NCBI GenBank assembly: GCA_963833575.1
Contig: CAWHXY010000004.1
Coordinates: 704,001-768,000, forward strand
DNA length: 64,000 nt
Origin: Candidatus Bathyarchaeota archaeon
GTDB taxonomy: Archaea > Thermoproteota > Bathyarchaeia > Bathyarchaeales > Bathycorpusculaceae
Direction of reading: 5' to 3'
Shown: one piece after another, positions 30,371 through 40,505 of the stretch
How the letters are laid out: each line of letters begins with the position of its first letter
Position numbering within the stretch: the first letter of the stretch is position 1
Made by a program: the position numbers and the translations under genes
Notes under the pieces: model-generated
The model's input: the letters and a program-made list of their open reading frames with translations, nothing else
What the model was told of the DNA's origin: nothing
Database searches by the model: none

Positions 30371-31624
30371 ATGAGCAACAATAGTAAAGCCTTACCCAAA
30401 CAACCCGAAGCCAACGTTGGTACTATTGGTCACGTCGATCATGGAAAAACAACCTTAGTACAAGCTTTAACTGGTGTATGGGCGTCTAGGCACAGTGAAG
30501 AATTAAAAAGAGGCATTACCATAAAATTGGGCTATGCTGACATGCCAATTTACAAATGTCCAAAATGTGAGCCACCAAGAAACTATACAATCAAACCTTA
30601 TTGTGAAGCTTGCAAGTCTGAAGCAGAGTTTGTTCGAGCAATAAGTTTTGTTGATGCACCCGGACATGAAGCTTTAATGGCCACGATGCTTTCCGGCGCA
30701 GCCATTATGGATGGCGCGATTCTTGTCATTGCAGCTGATGAACCATGTCCTCAACCGCAAACACGGGAACATCTTGCAGCTGCAGAAGTATCCGGCATAA
30801 AGAATCTGATAATTGTTCAAAACAAGATTGATATTGTAGATGAGAAAAGAGCGCTGGAAAGTTATAAAGAAATCAAGAACTTTGTAAAAGGCACAGTTGC
30901 TGAGAAAGCACCAATCATTCCAATTTCCGCACAGCGCGGAATAAACATTGATGTGCTACTTAACGCTATTGAAACAATTATTCCAACTCCAAAAAGAGAT
31001 GAAACTAAACCTCCGCTAATGTATATTATTCGTTCTTTCGACATAAACAAGCCAGGAACCACCATCGAATGTCTAGAAGGGGGAATCATCGGAGGAACCA
31101 TAGCCCAAGGAAAATTCGTTGTTGGAGAAGAAATTGAAATTCGTCCAGGAATCAGCGTTGAAAGAGAAGGAAAAACAATTTACGATCCCTTAATGAGCGA
31201 AATAGTGACGCTAAACGCTGGTGAAAAAAGCGTTAAAGAAGCAGCCAGTGGTGGATTAGTTGCTGTAGGAACTTGTCTTGATCCATCTTATTCAAAAGCA
31301 GACGGTTTAACAGGCAGCATCGCTGGAAAAGTTGGAGGACTTCCCCCGACCTTAACGGAGCTTACGTTGGAAACTCACGTTTTAGAGCGAGCCGTAGGGA
31401 CAAAAGAATTATTGAAAGTTGAAAAATTTAATCCTGACGAAGTTCTGTTACTTCACATTGGAGCCGCAGTAAATGTTGGTAAAATTCTCTCAATAAAGCA
31501 AAACATCATTAAAGTAAAGTTAACTAGACCAATTTGTGCTCTGCCGGGCTCCAGAGTCGCCATCAGCAGAAAAATTACTGCCCGCTGGAGATTAATTGGA
31601 TACGGACTCATAATAACAAAGTAA
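30371..31624 (+). CDS. eif2g: Translation initiation factor 2 subunit gamma
   Basis: GHVDHGKTT, RGITIKLGYA, DAPGHE, PQPQTREH, NKID, WRLIGYG. Confidence 0.97.
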   Translation: MSNNSKALPKQPEANVGTIGHVDHGKTTLVQALTGVWASRHSEELKRGITIKLGYADMPIYKCPKCEPPRNYTIKPYCEACKSEAEFVRAISFVDAPGHEALMATMLSGAAIMDGAILVIAADEPCPQPQTREHLAAAEVSGIKNLIIVQNKIDIVDEKRALESYKEIKNFVKGTVAEKAPIIPISAQRGINIDVLLNAIETIIPTPKRDETKPPLMYIIRSFDINKPGTTIECLEGGIIGGTIAQGKFVVGEEIEIRPGISVEREGKTIYDPLMSEIVTLNAGEKSVKEAASGGLVAVGTCLDPSYSKADGLTGSIAGKVGGLPPTLTELTLETHVLERAVGTKELLKVEKFNPDEVLLLHIGAAVNVGKILSIKQNIIKVKLTRPICALPGSRVAISRKITARWRLIGYGLIITK

Positions 31625-31636
31625 ATAGTTAATTAC

Positions 31637-32074
31637 TTATTCAATAGGCTTTATTAAACCGTTTTTCTTCAAAAAATCATGAGCTTTTTGCAATACGTCT
31701 TTGGAGTTTTTGAAAGTTAATTTTTCCATCGCATGCTGATAATCCAACCAAGAGTAGCCCACATGCTCGAAAGACAACTGCACCTTGTCGGTGTACGCTT
31801 CCATCACAAAAAAAACTACTTCTTTATGAACTGTTAAGCCTTGTCTTCTGTAAAAATAAACAATTGGTTCTCTAAAGTCTTCTATGAATTGGGCGTTGGT
31901 AATGCTCGTTTCCTCTTGCAGTTCGCGGACAACGGTTTGTTTTTCGTTTTCATTTGGTTCAACATTGCCCTTAACAAAATCCCAGTGGCCTGCGGCGTAA
32001 TTGAGTAGAAGATATTTTGTTGACTCATCTTTTTTTGTGAAAATGACTGCACCGCAAGATTTCTCTCGAAGCAT
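31637..32074 (-). CDS. Nudix hydrolase (Ap4A hydrolase-like)
   Basis: EKSCGAV, HWDFVKG..E..RELQEET Nudix box, SFEH. Confidence 0.88.
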   Translation of the reverse strand: MLREKSCGAVIFTKKDESTKYLLLNYAAGHWDFVKGNVEPNENEKQTVVRELQEETSITNAQFIEDFREPIVYFYRRQGLTVHKEVVFFVMEAYTDKVQLSFEHVGYSWLDYQHAMEKLTFKNSKDVLQKAHDFLKKNGLIKPIE

Positions 32075-32218
32075 ACATTCACCTGACTGTTGCTCAAATC
32101 ATTTACTTAAGGTATTTAAACTGATAGCAAGTTTAAGACTATCTGCAACTCAGTGAAACATAAAGACGATTAAAAATTTTTAAGCGCGCAAAGTTTTCAA
32201 TGATTAGGAGCCATTAAA

Positions 32219-32641
32219 GTGACAGGGTTACCAAAAAAAAATGATACATTAAAAATTATTTTAGATTCAAATTCATTGTTTGTTCCTCTCCACTTTAAAA
32301 TAGATATTTTTTCAGAAGCGGAACGCTTACTAAATCGCCGGGTTAATTTTGTTTTAATTTCGCCAATTAAGCATGAACTTGAACTTCTAGCTACCAAGGA
32401 ATCACCTAAAACTCGCAGGGAAGCTCTTTTTGCGATAAAGCTAGCTGAAAAATGCACATACGTTTCAGTTGACTTTGACGGAAAATTAACGACAGACGAC
32501 ATCATAGTTAAGGTTGCAAAAGCTTGGAATTCGCCAGTATTTACCAACGATAGTCAACTACGAAGGAGGCTAAGAGATATAAGTGTGCCAGTGATTTATG
32601 TGAGACAAAAATCTCGCCTAGAGATTGACGGATTGATATAA
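32219..32641 (+). CDS. PIN-domain protein (Fcf1/Utp24-like)
   Basis: IILDSNSL, EL, TDDII, VFTND..LRRRL; usual position between eif2g and rpo7. Confidence 0.88.
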   Translation: MTGLPKKNDTLKIILDSNSLFVPLHFKIDIFSEAERLLNRRVNFVLISPIKHELELLATKESPKTRREALFAIKLAEKCTYVSVDFDGKLTTDDIIVKVAKAWNSPVFTNDSQLRRRLRDISVPVIYVRQKSRLEIDGLI

Positions 32642-32643
32642 CC

Positions 32644-33228
32644 ATGTTTAAGCTAATAACACTGCAGGACACTATCCGCATTCCACCTGAAACCTTCGGT
32701 AACCCTCTGGAAAAAGTTGGACGGGAACAAGTAAAACAGAAGTACGAGGGAGTTGTAGATGAGGAGCTAGGGTACGTAATTGCAGTTACAAGCATAGAAG
32801 TAAGTCCTATCGGCAAAATAATTCCAGGCGACGGAGCAACCTTCCACAAAGTAACTTTTTCATTGTTAACATTCTACCCAGTAATTCAAGAAGTAGTCGA
32901 AGGAGACGTAGTAGAAATAGCGGATTTCGGCGCTTTTGTCCGAATCGGACCAGTAGACGCATTACTTCACGTTTCACAACTTATGGATGACTACATCTCT
33001 TATGATGAAAAACAAGGTGTTCTGCTTGGGAAAGAAAGTAAAAGAAAAGTAACAACAGGCGATCAAGTACGTGTTAGAATAACTGCCGTTTCGCTTGGCA
33101 GAGCTGGAAGCTCAGGAAAAATTGGGGTTACCGCTAGGCAACCATTCTTAGGTAAACTCGACTGGTTAAAGGAGACTCCTCCATCGCCAGAAAAGAAACA
33201 GGTCGAAGGCAAAGAAAAAGCGGAATAA
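32644..33228 (+). CDS. rpo7: RNA polymerase subunit Rpo7 (E')
   Basis: IRIPP..FG, IIPGDG, FGAFVRIGPVDALLHVSQ, RQPFLGK. Confidence 0.96.
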   Translation: MFKLITLQDTIRIPPETFGNPLEKVGREQVKQKYEGVVDEELGYVIAVTSIEVSPIGKIIPGDGATFHKVTFSLLTFYPVIQEVVEGDVVEIADFGAFVRIGPVDALLHVSQLMDDYISYDEKQGVLLGKESKRKVTTGDQVRVRITAVSLGRAGSSGKIGVTARQPFLGKLDWLKETPPSPEKKQVEGKEKAE

Positions 33229-33242
33229 AGGAGTGAAATTGA

Positions 33243-33428
33243 ATGAGTGAAAAAGCCTGCGCTAACTGCCATTTCATAACAAAAGAAAACGTTTGTGGTA
33301 AATGCAAATCCTCAAATTTCAGTGAAGATTTCAGCGGCTTGTTGGTAATGTTTGACCCGGACAACTCAGCAATCGCAAAAGCCATGAACATAAAAGAAAA
33401 AGGCAGATACGCACTCAAAGTCCGCTAA
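33243..33428 (+). CDS. spt4: Transcription elongation factor Spt4
   Basis: ACANC..CGKC, DPDNSAIAK, GRYALKVR. Confidence 0.95.
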   Translation: MSEKACANCHFITKENVCGKCKSSNFSEDFSGLLVMFDPDNSAIAKAMNIKEKGRYALKVR

Positions 33429-33480
33429 GTTTTTCAAACATACAGGGTAATTTCGACCATAAATACTTGGGTCCCAAAGG

Positions 33481-34023
33481 TTGAAAGTCATGACTGTAGC
33501 GTATACTTTAACGCCAAAACTGCGCACTAAATTCAAAGAACCCTTCGGCATCTTGATCGAAGGTTCATTCAATGAAACCATGACTAAAATGAAAGAGTTA
33601 GTAGAAAAGGAAAAACCACTCAAGATAATCTCGGTCGGAGACATAGTATCTCATAATTTACATGAATACAACATTAACCCCCAACTGACAATTATTGACA
33701 ATAAGTTTCTGAGAACTCAAAGCATACCTAGAACAGCCTCCGTGGAAAAAACAGTTAACGTAAATAATCCCAAAGGAACAATCACCGAGGAAGCGATTCT
33801 AGCGATTAAGGAAGCCTTAGAAAAAAGACAGCATACCCACATCGTTGTTGAAGGCGAAGAAGATCTACTTACCCTCATCGCAGTAACATATGCTCCCGAA
33901 AACGCTTATGTTGTTTATGGACAACCACATGCAGGCATTGTCATAGTCAAAGTCACCACCGAAAAGAAGCTTCAAGCTCAAGAATTCTTAAATGCCATGA
34001 AACCCTTTAGAAAAGCTAAATAA
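33481..34023 (+). CDS. GTP-dependent dephospho-CoA kinase (DUF359)
   Basis: LRTKFKEPFG, SVGDIV, NPKGTI, VEGEEDLL, YGQP. Confidence 0.92.
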   Translation: MKVMTVAYTLTPKLRTKFKEPFGILIEGSFNETMTKMKELVEKEKPLKIISVGDIVSHNLHEYNINPQLTIIDNKFLRTQSIPRTASVEKTVNVNNPKGTITEEAILAIKEALEKRQHTHIVVEGEEDLLTLIAVTYAPENAYVVYGQPHAGIVIVKVTTEKKLQAQEFLNAMKPFRKAK

Positions 34024-34062
34024 GAAGAAAACTGTATGAATTTACGCCTTAAGTGAATATTA

Positions 34063-34374
34063 ATGCAAATCAAAATTGAATCAACCAAAGATAACCCGCT
34101 TCTGAAACGGAAAGAAGTAGTCTTTACTATTATTCAAGGTCCAAAAGAGAAAACACCTCCAAGGCTTGAAGTAAAAAGAGCCGTAGCCATTGAAATGAAA
34201 ATCGGTGATGATGTAGTTTTTATTAAGAGGATGCACACAAAAACGGGAACGAGCATCACAACAGGAGATGCAAACGTTTACCAAAATGTTGCTCAATCTC
34301 AAATTGTGGAACCTGAATATATTAGAAAACGTAACAGTCCTCCTGAAAAACCTAAAGAAGAGGCTAAAGCATAA
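34063..34374 (+). CDS. rps24e: 30S ribosomal protein S24e
   Basis: NPLLKRKEV, TPPR, EPEYIRKRN. Confidence 0.93.
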   Translation: MQIKIESTKDNPLLKRKEVVFTIIQGPKEKTPPRLEVKRAVAIEMKIGDDVVFIKRMHTKTGTSITTGDANVYQNVAQSQIVEPEYIRKRNSPPEKPKEEAKA

Positions 34375-34649
34375 TGTCCAAGAAAGCACCAGTAAAGAAA
34401 GAAGAAACGCCTCCAACTGCAGCAGCACCCGCAGCGACAGAAGCAGCAAAACCTCAAAAAGCTGAGAAAAAAAGAGAGAAGAAGCATAAAGAGGAGAAGG
34501 GAGTTCACGCAATGTACAAAGTGGAAGGAGATAAATGTAATCGAGCTCATCCAACCTGCGAGCGGTGTGGCCCCGGATACTTCATGGCAGATCACCATGA
34601 CAGGTACACTTGCGGACATTGTGGCTTTACGCGTTACAAGCAGAAATAA
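34374..34649 (+). CDS. rps27ae: 30S ribosomal protein S27ae with N-terminal extension
   Basis: CERCGPGYFMADHHDRYTCGHCG. Confidence 0.95.
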   Translation: MSKKAPVKKEETPPTAAAPAATEAAKPQKAEKKREKKHKEEKGVHAMYKVEGDKCNRAHPTCERCGPGYFMADHHDRYTCGHCGFTRYKQK

Positions 34650-34695
34650 GCAGTCTTAAATTCGCCATAGCACGATTAGGTTCTGATGACCGGTA

Positions 34696-35124
34696 ATGCT
34701 TAGAGTTAACGTGGTTATTACCAGCATTTCTGCTGAACGATTTTGGGATATAAGAAAACCGATCCCGCCAATTCAAATAAATACTAACATTAATGTTGTT
34801 GGGATGGAAAAAAGTCAAGATGGATCTTTAGAAGTGCCATTTGTTTTATCAATTGGTTTCAATCCGTCTATTGCCCAGATGAACATTAAAGGAAATGCTT
34901 TTGTCACTGGCGAAAAAAACGAGATTGAAAAGACTCTTAAAGATTATGAGCAAAAAAAGCCGCCGCCGCAAATAATAATTCAGTCAGTATCCAATGTTGT
35001 CTTTATTGAATCTGTGCTTATCTCAAGAATACTGAATCTTCCACCTCCAATTCCTCTACCTCAGATTCCTGAAACTGGAAAACCCCCAAGCTCTAAGCCC
35101 GAAGGCAGAGACTACAGCGCATAA
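34696..35124 (+). CDS. Conserved archaeal hypothetical protein
   Basis: 142 aa, beta-rich N-half, C-terminal LNLPPPIPLP. Confidence 0.8.
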   Translation: MLRVNVVITSISAERFWDIRKPIPPIQINTNINVVGMEKSQDGSLEVPFVLSIGFNPSIAQMNIKGNAFVTGEKNEIEKTLKDYEQKKPPPQIIIQSVSNVVFIESVLISRILNLPPPIPLPQIPETGKPPSSKPEGRDYSA

Positions 35125-35132
35125 CATGCTGT

Positions 35133-36632
35133 TTACAAGAACCCTTTAAATTTCCTAGCAATTGCATCCACAATTCTTAGTTCAATTGGAAATGAAAAGT
35201 TTCTGTGTTTCCACCTGTATTTTGCCATGCGGTTCATTATAGTGTAGGCAAACTTGTATGCTAAGTCACGTTCGTTTATTCTTGCCTCAGGATAAAATGC
35301 GAGCCGTGTAACGGCTGAAATCGTGTGTAGTTTTTCCATTTGAGCCTTGCTGTGCCAAGGTGGGTCAAAATGAAAAACATGAATGCTTCCCCATTCTTCA
35401 AGGGACCTTGGAGCTTTAAATTGGTCAGGCAAAAAAGCCATGACGGGACTTGGAAACGGCGTGTAAACGAATATGCCATAATGCTGCGTTTTAGGGTTCA
35501 CTTCAGACATTTTATCCATTAAATCAAAAGTTTGATCCAAATCTTGGTCTGTTTCGCCTGGAAGACCACTCATCCATGAAACATAAGGCTCAATAGAGGG
35601 CGCCCAACTTCGAAGATTCTTAACCGATTGCAAAATCTGCTCCGCTGTGACATCTTTGCAAATGAACTGCTGTATACGTTCAGAGCCTGATTCCCCTCCA
35701 AAATCCAGTTCAACACACCCAGACTTTTCTAGAAGCTCAAGAAAATCTTTTTCATAAGTTGATAGGTAATCGAATCTGCAGTTTGCTCGCCATTGAATAT
35801 GGAGCTTGCGATCTAAAAGTCCATGGCATATTTCTTCAACACGTTTTTTATCAACAAAAACGTTGTCGTCAATTGGATCAATTATTTTGACATGTGGAAA
35901 CTTTTTTAGTATGTACTCGACTTCGTCAAGCACTCGGTTGGCGCTTTTGCCTCTCCATTTATTTTTGTTAAAATAGCTGTTGTAGCAGAACCCGCATCTG
36001 TGAGGGCAGCCTCGGCTAGTTTGAATATGAAAACGGCCTGATTTCTCTGAAGGATACCTATCCATTTTAAGCAGGTCGTATGGCAAAGCGATTGGTGCAG
36101 AATCTAAATCTAACACTTTGCCGTCTGGGTTATTTTTGATTAATCCGTTACAGTAATAAGTTATTCCTGAAACGTCATCGAGCGGTTCATTTAATGCAAG
36201 AGCATTCGCTAAGTCTTTGATGATTAATTCGCCCTCGCCCCGAACGACAATGTCCACAAAATCGTTACTTGCCGTTTGTTCAGGCAGCAATGTCGGGTGA
36301 ACACCCCCCCAGACGATGGAGGAAGAGGGAGCCATAACTCTTACATAATGAGCGAATTCCAAGGCATACTTAATTTGTAAACCGCTCATGCAGCTAATAC
36401 CTACAAAAACAGGATTTCCTATCTCAAAATGACGGTAATCTTCAAGCCTCATGTCAAGAATACGAACAGCAAAACCCTCTTCTTGGAGTGAAGCAGCTAA
36501 ATACAAAAGAGAAAGGGGAACCTGTGGATCAGGGGCTTTGAATTTTCCAGGAAAAACAAGTAAAACATCTTTCCGATTGTTGCCCGAATAAATGTTGCAA
36601 TAATGAGATAAACATGTTTGAGGACTAAACAA
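35133..36632 (-). CDS. B12-binding domain radical SAM protein
   Basis: PLSLLYLAA, VWGGVHPT, VRGEGE, TSRGCPHRCGFC, GGESGS; start uncertain. Confidence 0.9.
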   Translation of the reverse strand: MFSPQTCLSHYCNIYSGNNRKDVLLVFPGKFKAPDPQVPLSLLYLAASLQEEGFAVRILDMRLEDYRHFEIGNPVFVGISCMSGLQIKYALEFAHYVRVMAPSSSIVWGGVHPTLLPEQTASNDFVDIVVRGEGELIIKDLANALALNEPLDDVSGITYYCNGLIKNNPDGKVLDLDSAPIALPYDLLKMDRYPSEKSGRFHIQTSRGCPHRCGFCYNSYFNKNKWRGKSANRVLDEVEYILKKFPHVKIIDPIDDNVFVDKKRVEEICHGLLDRKLHIQWRANCRFDYLSTYEKDFLELLEKSGCVELDFGGESGSERIQQFICKDVTAEQILQSVKNLRSWAPSIEPYVSWMSGLPGETDQDLDQTFDLMDKMSEVNPKTQHYGIFVYTPFPSPVMAFLPDQFKAPRSLEEWGSIHVFHFDPPWHSKAQMEKLHTISAVTRLAFYPEARINERDLAYKFAYTIMNRMAKYRWKHRNFSFPIELRIVDAIARKFKGFL

Positions 36633-36776
36633 TCCTGAAAAACCTCAATAAATGACTAGTTATTAAAGGCTTTTAATCTTTCCTAATTGTGAGCAACTTT
36701 AGCGCAACATAATGTGCGCTCAGATTTGTGGATACCGAAGCATCAACAAAAACAAAGTAAAATTGGGAAAACAGGT

Positions 36777-37181
36777 CTATTTTAGCGGCACGTACATTGA
36801 TGAACGTGAGGCGCCGATACCTGGAGTTCCATGTCTAACAGGCTTATTAGTTATCGCGAATTCGCCAAGGTAGTGTCCGATCATTTCTGGTTTTATTTCC
36901 ATAGCAACGAATTCTTTGCCGTTATGCACTTGAATTTTTATGCCAACCATTTCAGGAAGGATAATTAGGTCTCGGACATGAGTTTTTATGCTGGCTTCTT
37001 TGCCTTGTTTTTGGGCTTCTTTAGCTTCTCGCAACTTTTCTAGAAGTATGCGTTGTTCAGGAGTTAATCCTCGCTGTAGACTTCTTCTTTGGCGTGACGG
37101 AAGCAGATTTATGAATTCGTCCATAGACATTCCTGTCAAACTGACTAAGCTGTGTCCGCGGTAACTAAATTCTTTGGGCAT
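36777..37181 (-). CDS. rps19p: 30S ribosomal protein S19
   Basis: [36 protein letters not shown]. Confidence 0.97.
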   Translation of the reverse strand: MPKEFSYRGHSLVSLTGMSMDEFINLLPSRQRRSLQRGLTPEQRILLEKLREAKEAQKQGKEASIKTHVRDLIILPEMVGIKIQVHNGKEFVAMEIKPEMIGHYLGEFAITNKPVRHGTPGIGASRSSMYVPLK

Positions 37182-37234
37182 TTTTCATCTTCACCTTAAA
37201 CTTATTTTAAACACTATAAACCTTCTGCCAATTC

Positions 37235-37975
37235 TTAGCGGATTGCTCGCTTCTTCTTTTGTCCTGGACCTCTTGCTGCGATTAGACCAACTTTCTGTCC
37301 CGGTGGTGCACCATGCGATGTTGTTGTGCATCTGCGTGAGCTTCGTTTGCTGCTACCGTATGGGTGGACTGCTGGAACCATTTTGCGTCCGCTTGTTCTT
37401 GGATATTTGTGACCTTTAGCTTTCATTAAGTGGAATTTTTCGCCTGCTTTAAGGAAAGGCTTATCAATTCTTCCAGCAGCGGAAACTACGCCTACAGTTG
37501 CCAAGCAATAGTCATTGACATATCTTGTTCTTCCTGATGGTAAGCGAATCATCGTACCTTGCGGAGTGTGACCGACAACAGTTGCGTAAGCGCCTGAAGA
37601 CTTTGCCATTTTGCCTCCATCGCCTGGGTTGAGTTCTAAATCACAAACTAGCGTTCCCTCAGGTACTTTTCCTAATGGAATAATGTTGCCTATTTCGGCT
37701 GGAGCCTTTCCGCCGTAGCATATTTGTTGACCGGTGAAAACGCCTTCGGGGGTAACTGTGTAACAGGTTAAGCCATTTTCAAATTTAACCAGTGCTAGTG
37801 GCGAACCGCTTCCAGGATTATGCATGAGGGCTTCGATCTTACCTAATAATGAGGCGTCAAAAGATATTTTGGGCGCCATAATTGGGTATTTTGCTGGAGC
37901 TACACGTTTGTGAGTGGAAGCGCGCCAGTTTTGGCCACCTCGACCACGTCTTTGAACTCGAATTCGTTTTCCCAT
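37235..37975 (-). CDS. rpl2p: 50S ribosomal protein L2
   Basis: MGKRIRVQRRG, PGDGGKMAKSSG, PPGQKVGLIAAR. Confidence 0.97.
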   Translation of the reverse strand: MGKRIRVQRRGRGGQNWRASTHKRVAPAKYPIMAPKISFDASLLGKIEALMHNPGSGSPLALVKFENGLTCYTVTPEGVFTGQQICYGGKAPAEIGNIIPLGKVPEGTLVCDLELNPGDGGKMAKSSGAYATVVGHTPQGTMIRLPSGRTRYVNDYCLATVGVVSAAGRIDKPFLKAGEKFHLMKAKGHKYPRTSGRKMVPAVHPYGSSKRSSRRCTTTSHGAPPGQKVGLIAARGPGQKKKRAIR

Positions 37976-37996
37976 AAGTCATGCCTTCTAAATATT

Positions 37997-38257
37997 TTAC
38001 AGTATTCCAAGTTTAATTGCGACATCTGAAGCTCTGAATTCTGGCTTTAGCTTCACAAAAGCTTTTTTTACGCCTTGAGGGGTAACAAGAAGGTTCACTC
38101 TGCTTACTTTGACTTCGTAGAGTTCCTCAACGGCTTTTTTGATGTCACTTTTTCCTGCTTTTAAGTTAACAATGAATATGAGTTTGTTGTCTCGTTCAAC
38201 CATTAAACTGGCAGATTCAGTCATTAATGGGTAAGAAATTACTTCGTTGGAGTCCAT
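37997..38257 (-). CDS. rpl23p: 50S ribosomal protein L23
   Basis: NKLIFIV, KKAFVKL. Confidence 0.96.
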   Translation of the reverse strand: MDSNEVISYPLMTESASLMVERDNKLIFIVNLKAGKSDIKKAVEELYEVKVSRVNLLVTPQGVKKAFVKLKPEFRASDVAIKLGIL

Positions 38258-39051
38258 TATGCTTTTTCTCCTTTGTTGTACATTTTATTCAGGGTTTCAA
38301 TAGCGCTATTGGTCCATAATGTCAATCTACCCGGATGAGTCCCTGGGGCTAACATTTCAGTATTAAGATTGGCAACTGTGGTAACTTGTACGCCTGGAAT
38401 GTTACTTGCGGCGTTGGCTAAGTCTTTGCTATCAACCACAACAATTAGGGGTCCAACGGCTTGCTTCATTTTTCTGCCTCTGCGCTTGCCTTTGCCTGCT
38501 CGGACTTTCCGACTGTTTCGCACTCGAGTAATATCGGCCATGACTCCTAAACTTGTAAGGGTTTCTTCAACCTCTTTAACCCTTGTTAATCCTTCAATAG
38601 CATCCTCAACTATCAAGGGTATTTGTAGAGCATCATTAATTTTGTGACCGCGTGAAGCGACTGTGTCTTTTTGTGCAGTCGCCGCAATCGCTGAGAATAA
38701 TGCTAATTTTGCTTCTTTCTTTGGGATGTTCTTTACGATTTTCTTTTCGGCTCGTGGCGGGTGAGGTTGTCTTCCTTTAACTGTGCTTGGTGCAAAAGCT
38801 GCTCTTCCACTGCCGCCTTTTATACGGGGAACTCTTGCGGTTGCGCTACCTGTTCCGCGTGATTCTGCGGTTGTTCTTTTTCCAGCCATAGGGTCTCTGC
38901 CTTGTGGTTGTATCCTGTTGGATTGTATTGCGAGTACCGCGCGTTTTATCACGTCTGGTCTTAGCGGTGTTGAGAAAATGTTTGGAAGCTTGGTTTTTCC
39001 AGCTGATTTTCCTTGTAAATCAAAGATTTCAACGTTGTTTTGTTCGGGCAT
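38257..39051 (-). CDS. rpl4p: 50S ribosomal protein L4
   Basis: RPDVIKRAV, AESRGTG..ARVPR, RAGKGK.RGR, LAPGTHPGRLTLW. Confidence 0.97.
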   Translation of the reverse strand: MPEQNNVEIFDLQGKSAGKTKLPNIFSTPLRPDVIKRAVLAIQSNRIQPQGRDPMAGKRTTAESRGTGSATARVPRIKGGSGRAAFAPSTVKGRQPHPPRAEKKIVKNIPKKEAKLALFSAIAATAQKDTVASRGHKINDALQIPLIVEDAIEGLTRVKEVEETLTSLGVMADITRVRNSRKVRAGKGKRRGRKMKQAVGPLIVVVDSKDLANAASNIPGVQVTTVANLNTEMLAPGTHPGRLTLWTNSAIETLNKMYNKGEKA

Positions 39052-39062
39052 AGCTTTTCAAC

Positions 39063-40076
39063 CTATTTTCCTTGTGGAGACTCCAGAGATACATAAGTAA
39101 CTTGTGGTGCTGCCTCTGGGACTTCTGTGGGTGGACGTGCTGGAACACGCAAGCGGATTTGGCGTTTTTCTGTTCCCGGAATACTTCCTTCCATTAGTAT
39201 GTATGGTCCTTTTACTTCGCCATAGCGTATGTATCCGCCTTTGACGGTTACTTCTTTGCCGTCTTTGCCGATTTTTAATATGCGTTTATTGAATTCTATT
39301 CGTTGGTGATAACCCATTTGTCCTGCTCTTGGAATTGAGTACATAAGGTGGTGCGGATTCCATGGTCCCAAGGTGGCGATGCCACGTTTTGTTTTTCTTC
39401 CCTTATGCTGCAGGCAGGTTACTCCCCAACGTTTTACTGGTCCCTGCCAACCTTTTCCAACTGTAATTCCAGCAATGTCAACGTATTGACCATCTTTGAA
39501 TACTTCTTCGGGCGCTACAGTTTTGCCTAAAAGTTGTTTTCCGTATTCAAATTGTTGCTGAATTGTGCCTCCGCCAATTTGTATTTCGCAAACTTCGGGT
39601 TTTTTCTTTGAGAGGCTGGTTTGAGATGGTTGTGTTGCTGTAATTATTCGGATTATTGATGTTTGGTCTAGGTTTTGCTGGATTTTTTCAAGCATTGCTT
39701 CAGTATTAAAGTTTTCTGGAAGAACCAACAGTCGGTCTAAGATTGCTGGGGGGTCTTTCATCCAGGCTTCTCCTATGTTTTGGAGCCCATATGGTGTTTT
39801 TGTGTAAGTTCGAATGCCACATGCAAGAATTGGTGGCGTTTCTAGTATGGTTGCAGCTCGCACAACTTCTTTACCAAAGTTAGGTGAACGTTTACGATCT
39901 TCGATGGTAAAAACGTACGTCATGCCTGCTTTGTAAGCTGTAAAGCCTAAAAGACGAGGAGAATCAGATTTGATTTTTGGCCAATATCGGATTCGTGCAG
40001 TTGGTTTCTTGGCACGTTTCCTAGGTAAATATGCAAGTGAACCATGTTTAGGAGCGTGAGTTTTACGATGTCCCAT
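39063..40076 (-). CDS. rpl3p: 50S ribosomal protein L3
   Basis: HGSLAYLPRKRA, YKAGMT, GKGWQGPVKRWG, RAGQMGYHQR. Confidence 0.97.
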   Translation of the reverse strand: MGHRKTHAPKHGSLAYLPRKRAKKPTARIRYWPKIKSDSPRLLGFTAYKAGMTYVFTIEDRKRSPNFGKEVVRAATILETPPILACGIRTYTKTPYGLQNIGEAWMKDPPAILDRLLVLPENFNTEAMLEKIQQNLDQTSIIRIITATQPSQTSLSKKKPEVCEIQIGGGTIQQQFEYGKQLLGKTVAPEEVFKDGQYVDIAGITVGKGWQGPVKRWGVTCLQHKGRKTKRGIATLGPWNPHHLMYSIPRAGQMGYHQRIEFNKRILKIGKDGKEVTVKGGYIRYGEVKGPYILMEGSIPGTEKRQIRLRVPARPPTEVPEAAPQVTYVSLESPQGK

Positions 40077-40362
40077 AGTACTTCCGCTTCGCGCCTTCAG
40101 CTAATAGTAAATTAAGTTATAAACGTTACCATTTAAAATGAGAAAGCAAAAAACATTCTATTGTTTACCTAAAATTTTAAGCTGTTTCTAATCAATTAAA
40201 ACATCGTTTATTTTTTAGTTGAGGTTTAACTTAGATCTCGGGTTGCAAGTATAAAATGGCAATAAATACTATGTATTTTCTCACACAGCCCAATCTTTTG
40301 GTTTATGATACCGGCAAAGCGATAATGCGTTTATCAAAGTTTTTGGATTGGGGGTTATTGTT

Positions 40363-40505
40363 TGAAAGAACAACAACAGTTTGTGGTAGCACCGGGTGTT
40401 GTTCTTTTCGTGAAAGAAGAAGGAGGACAATCGCAGAGTGCACCGTCCTCCTTCTTCTAAACTGTGAAAGAAGAAGAAACTGTGTGGGTGCACACTTCTT
40501 CTTCT
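40363..40505. repeat. Three tandem hairpin units (candidate structured ncRNA)
   Basis: Units start TGAAAGAA(C/G)AA(C/G) at 40363, 40411 and 40465; perfect stems of 11, 14 and 10 bp; GCAC in each loop. Confidence 0.75.

Noticed and set aside
36777-40076. Ribosomal operon ending after rps19 without rpl22/rps3
   Set aside because: Fragmentation of this cluster is common in TACK archaea; not considered novel.
40363-40505. CRISPR array or H/ACA guide RNA
   Set aside because: Units are not identical repeats with separate spacers and no cas genes are present; there is no K-turn or pseudouridylation pocket despite ACA-like tails.
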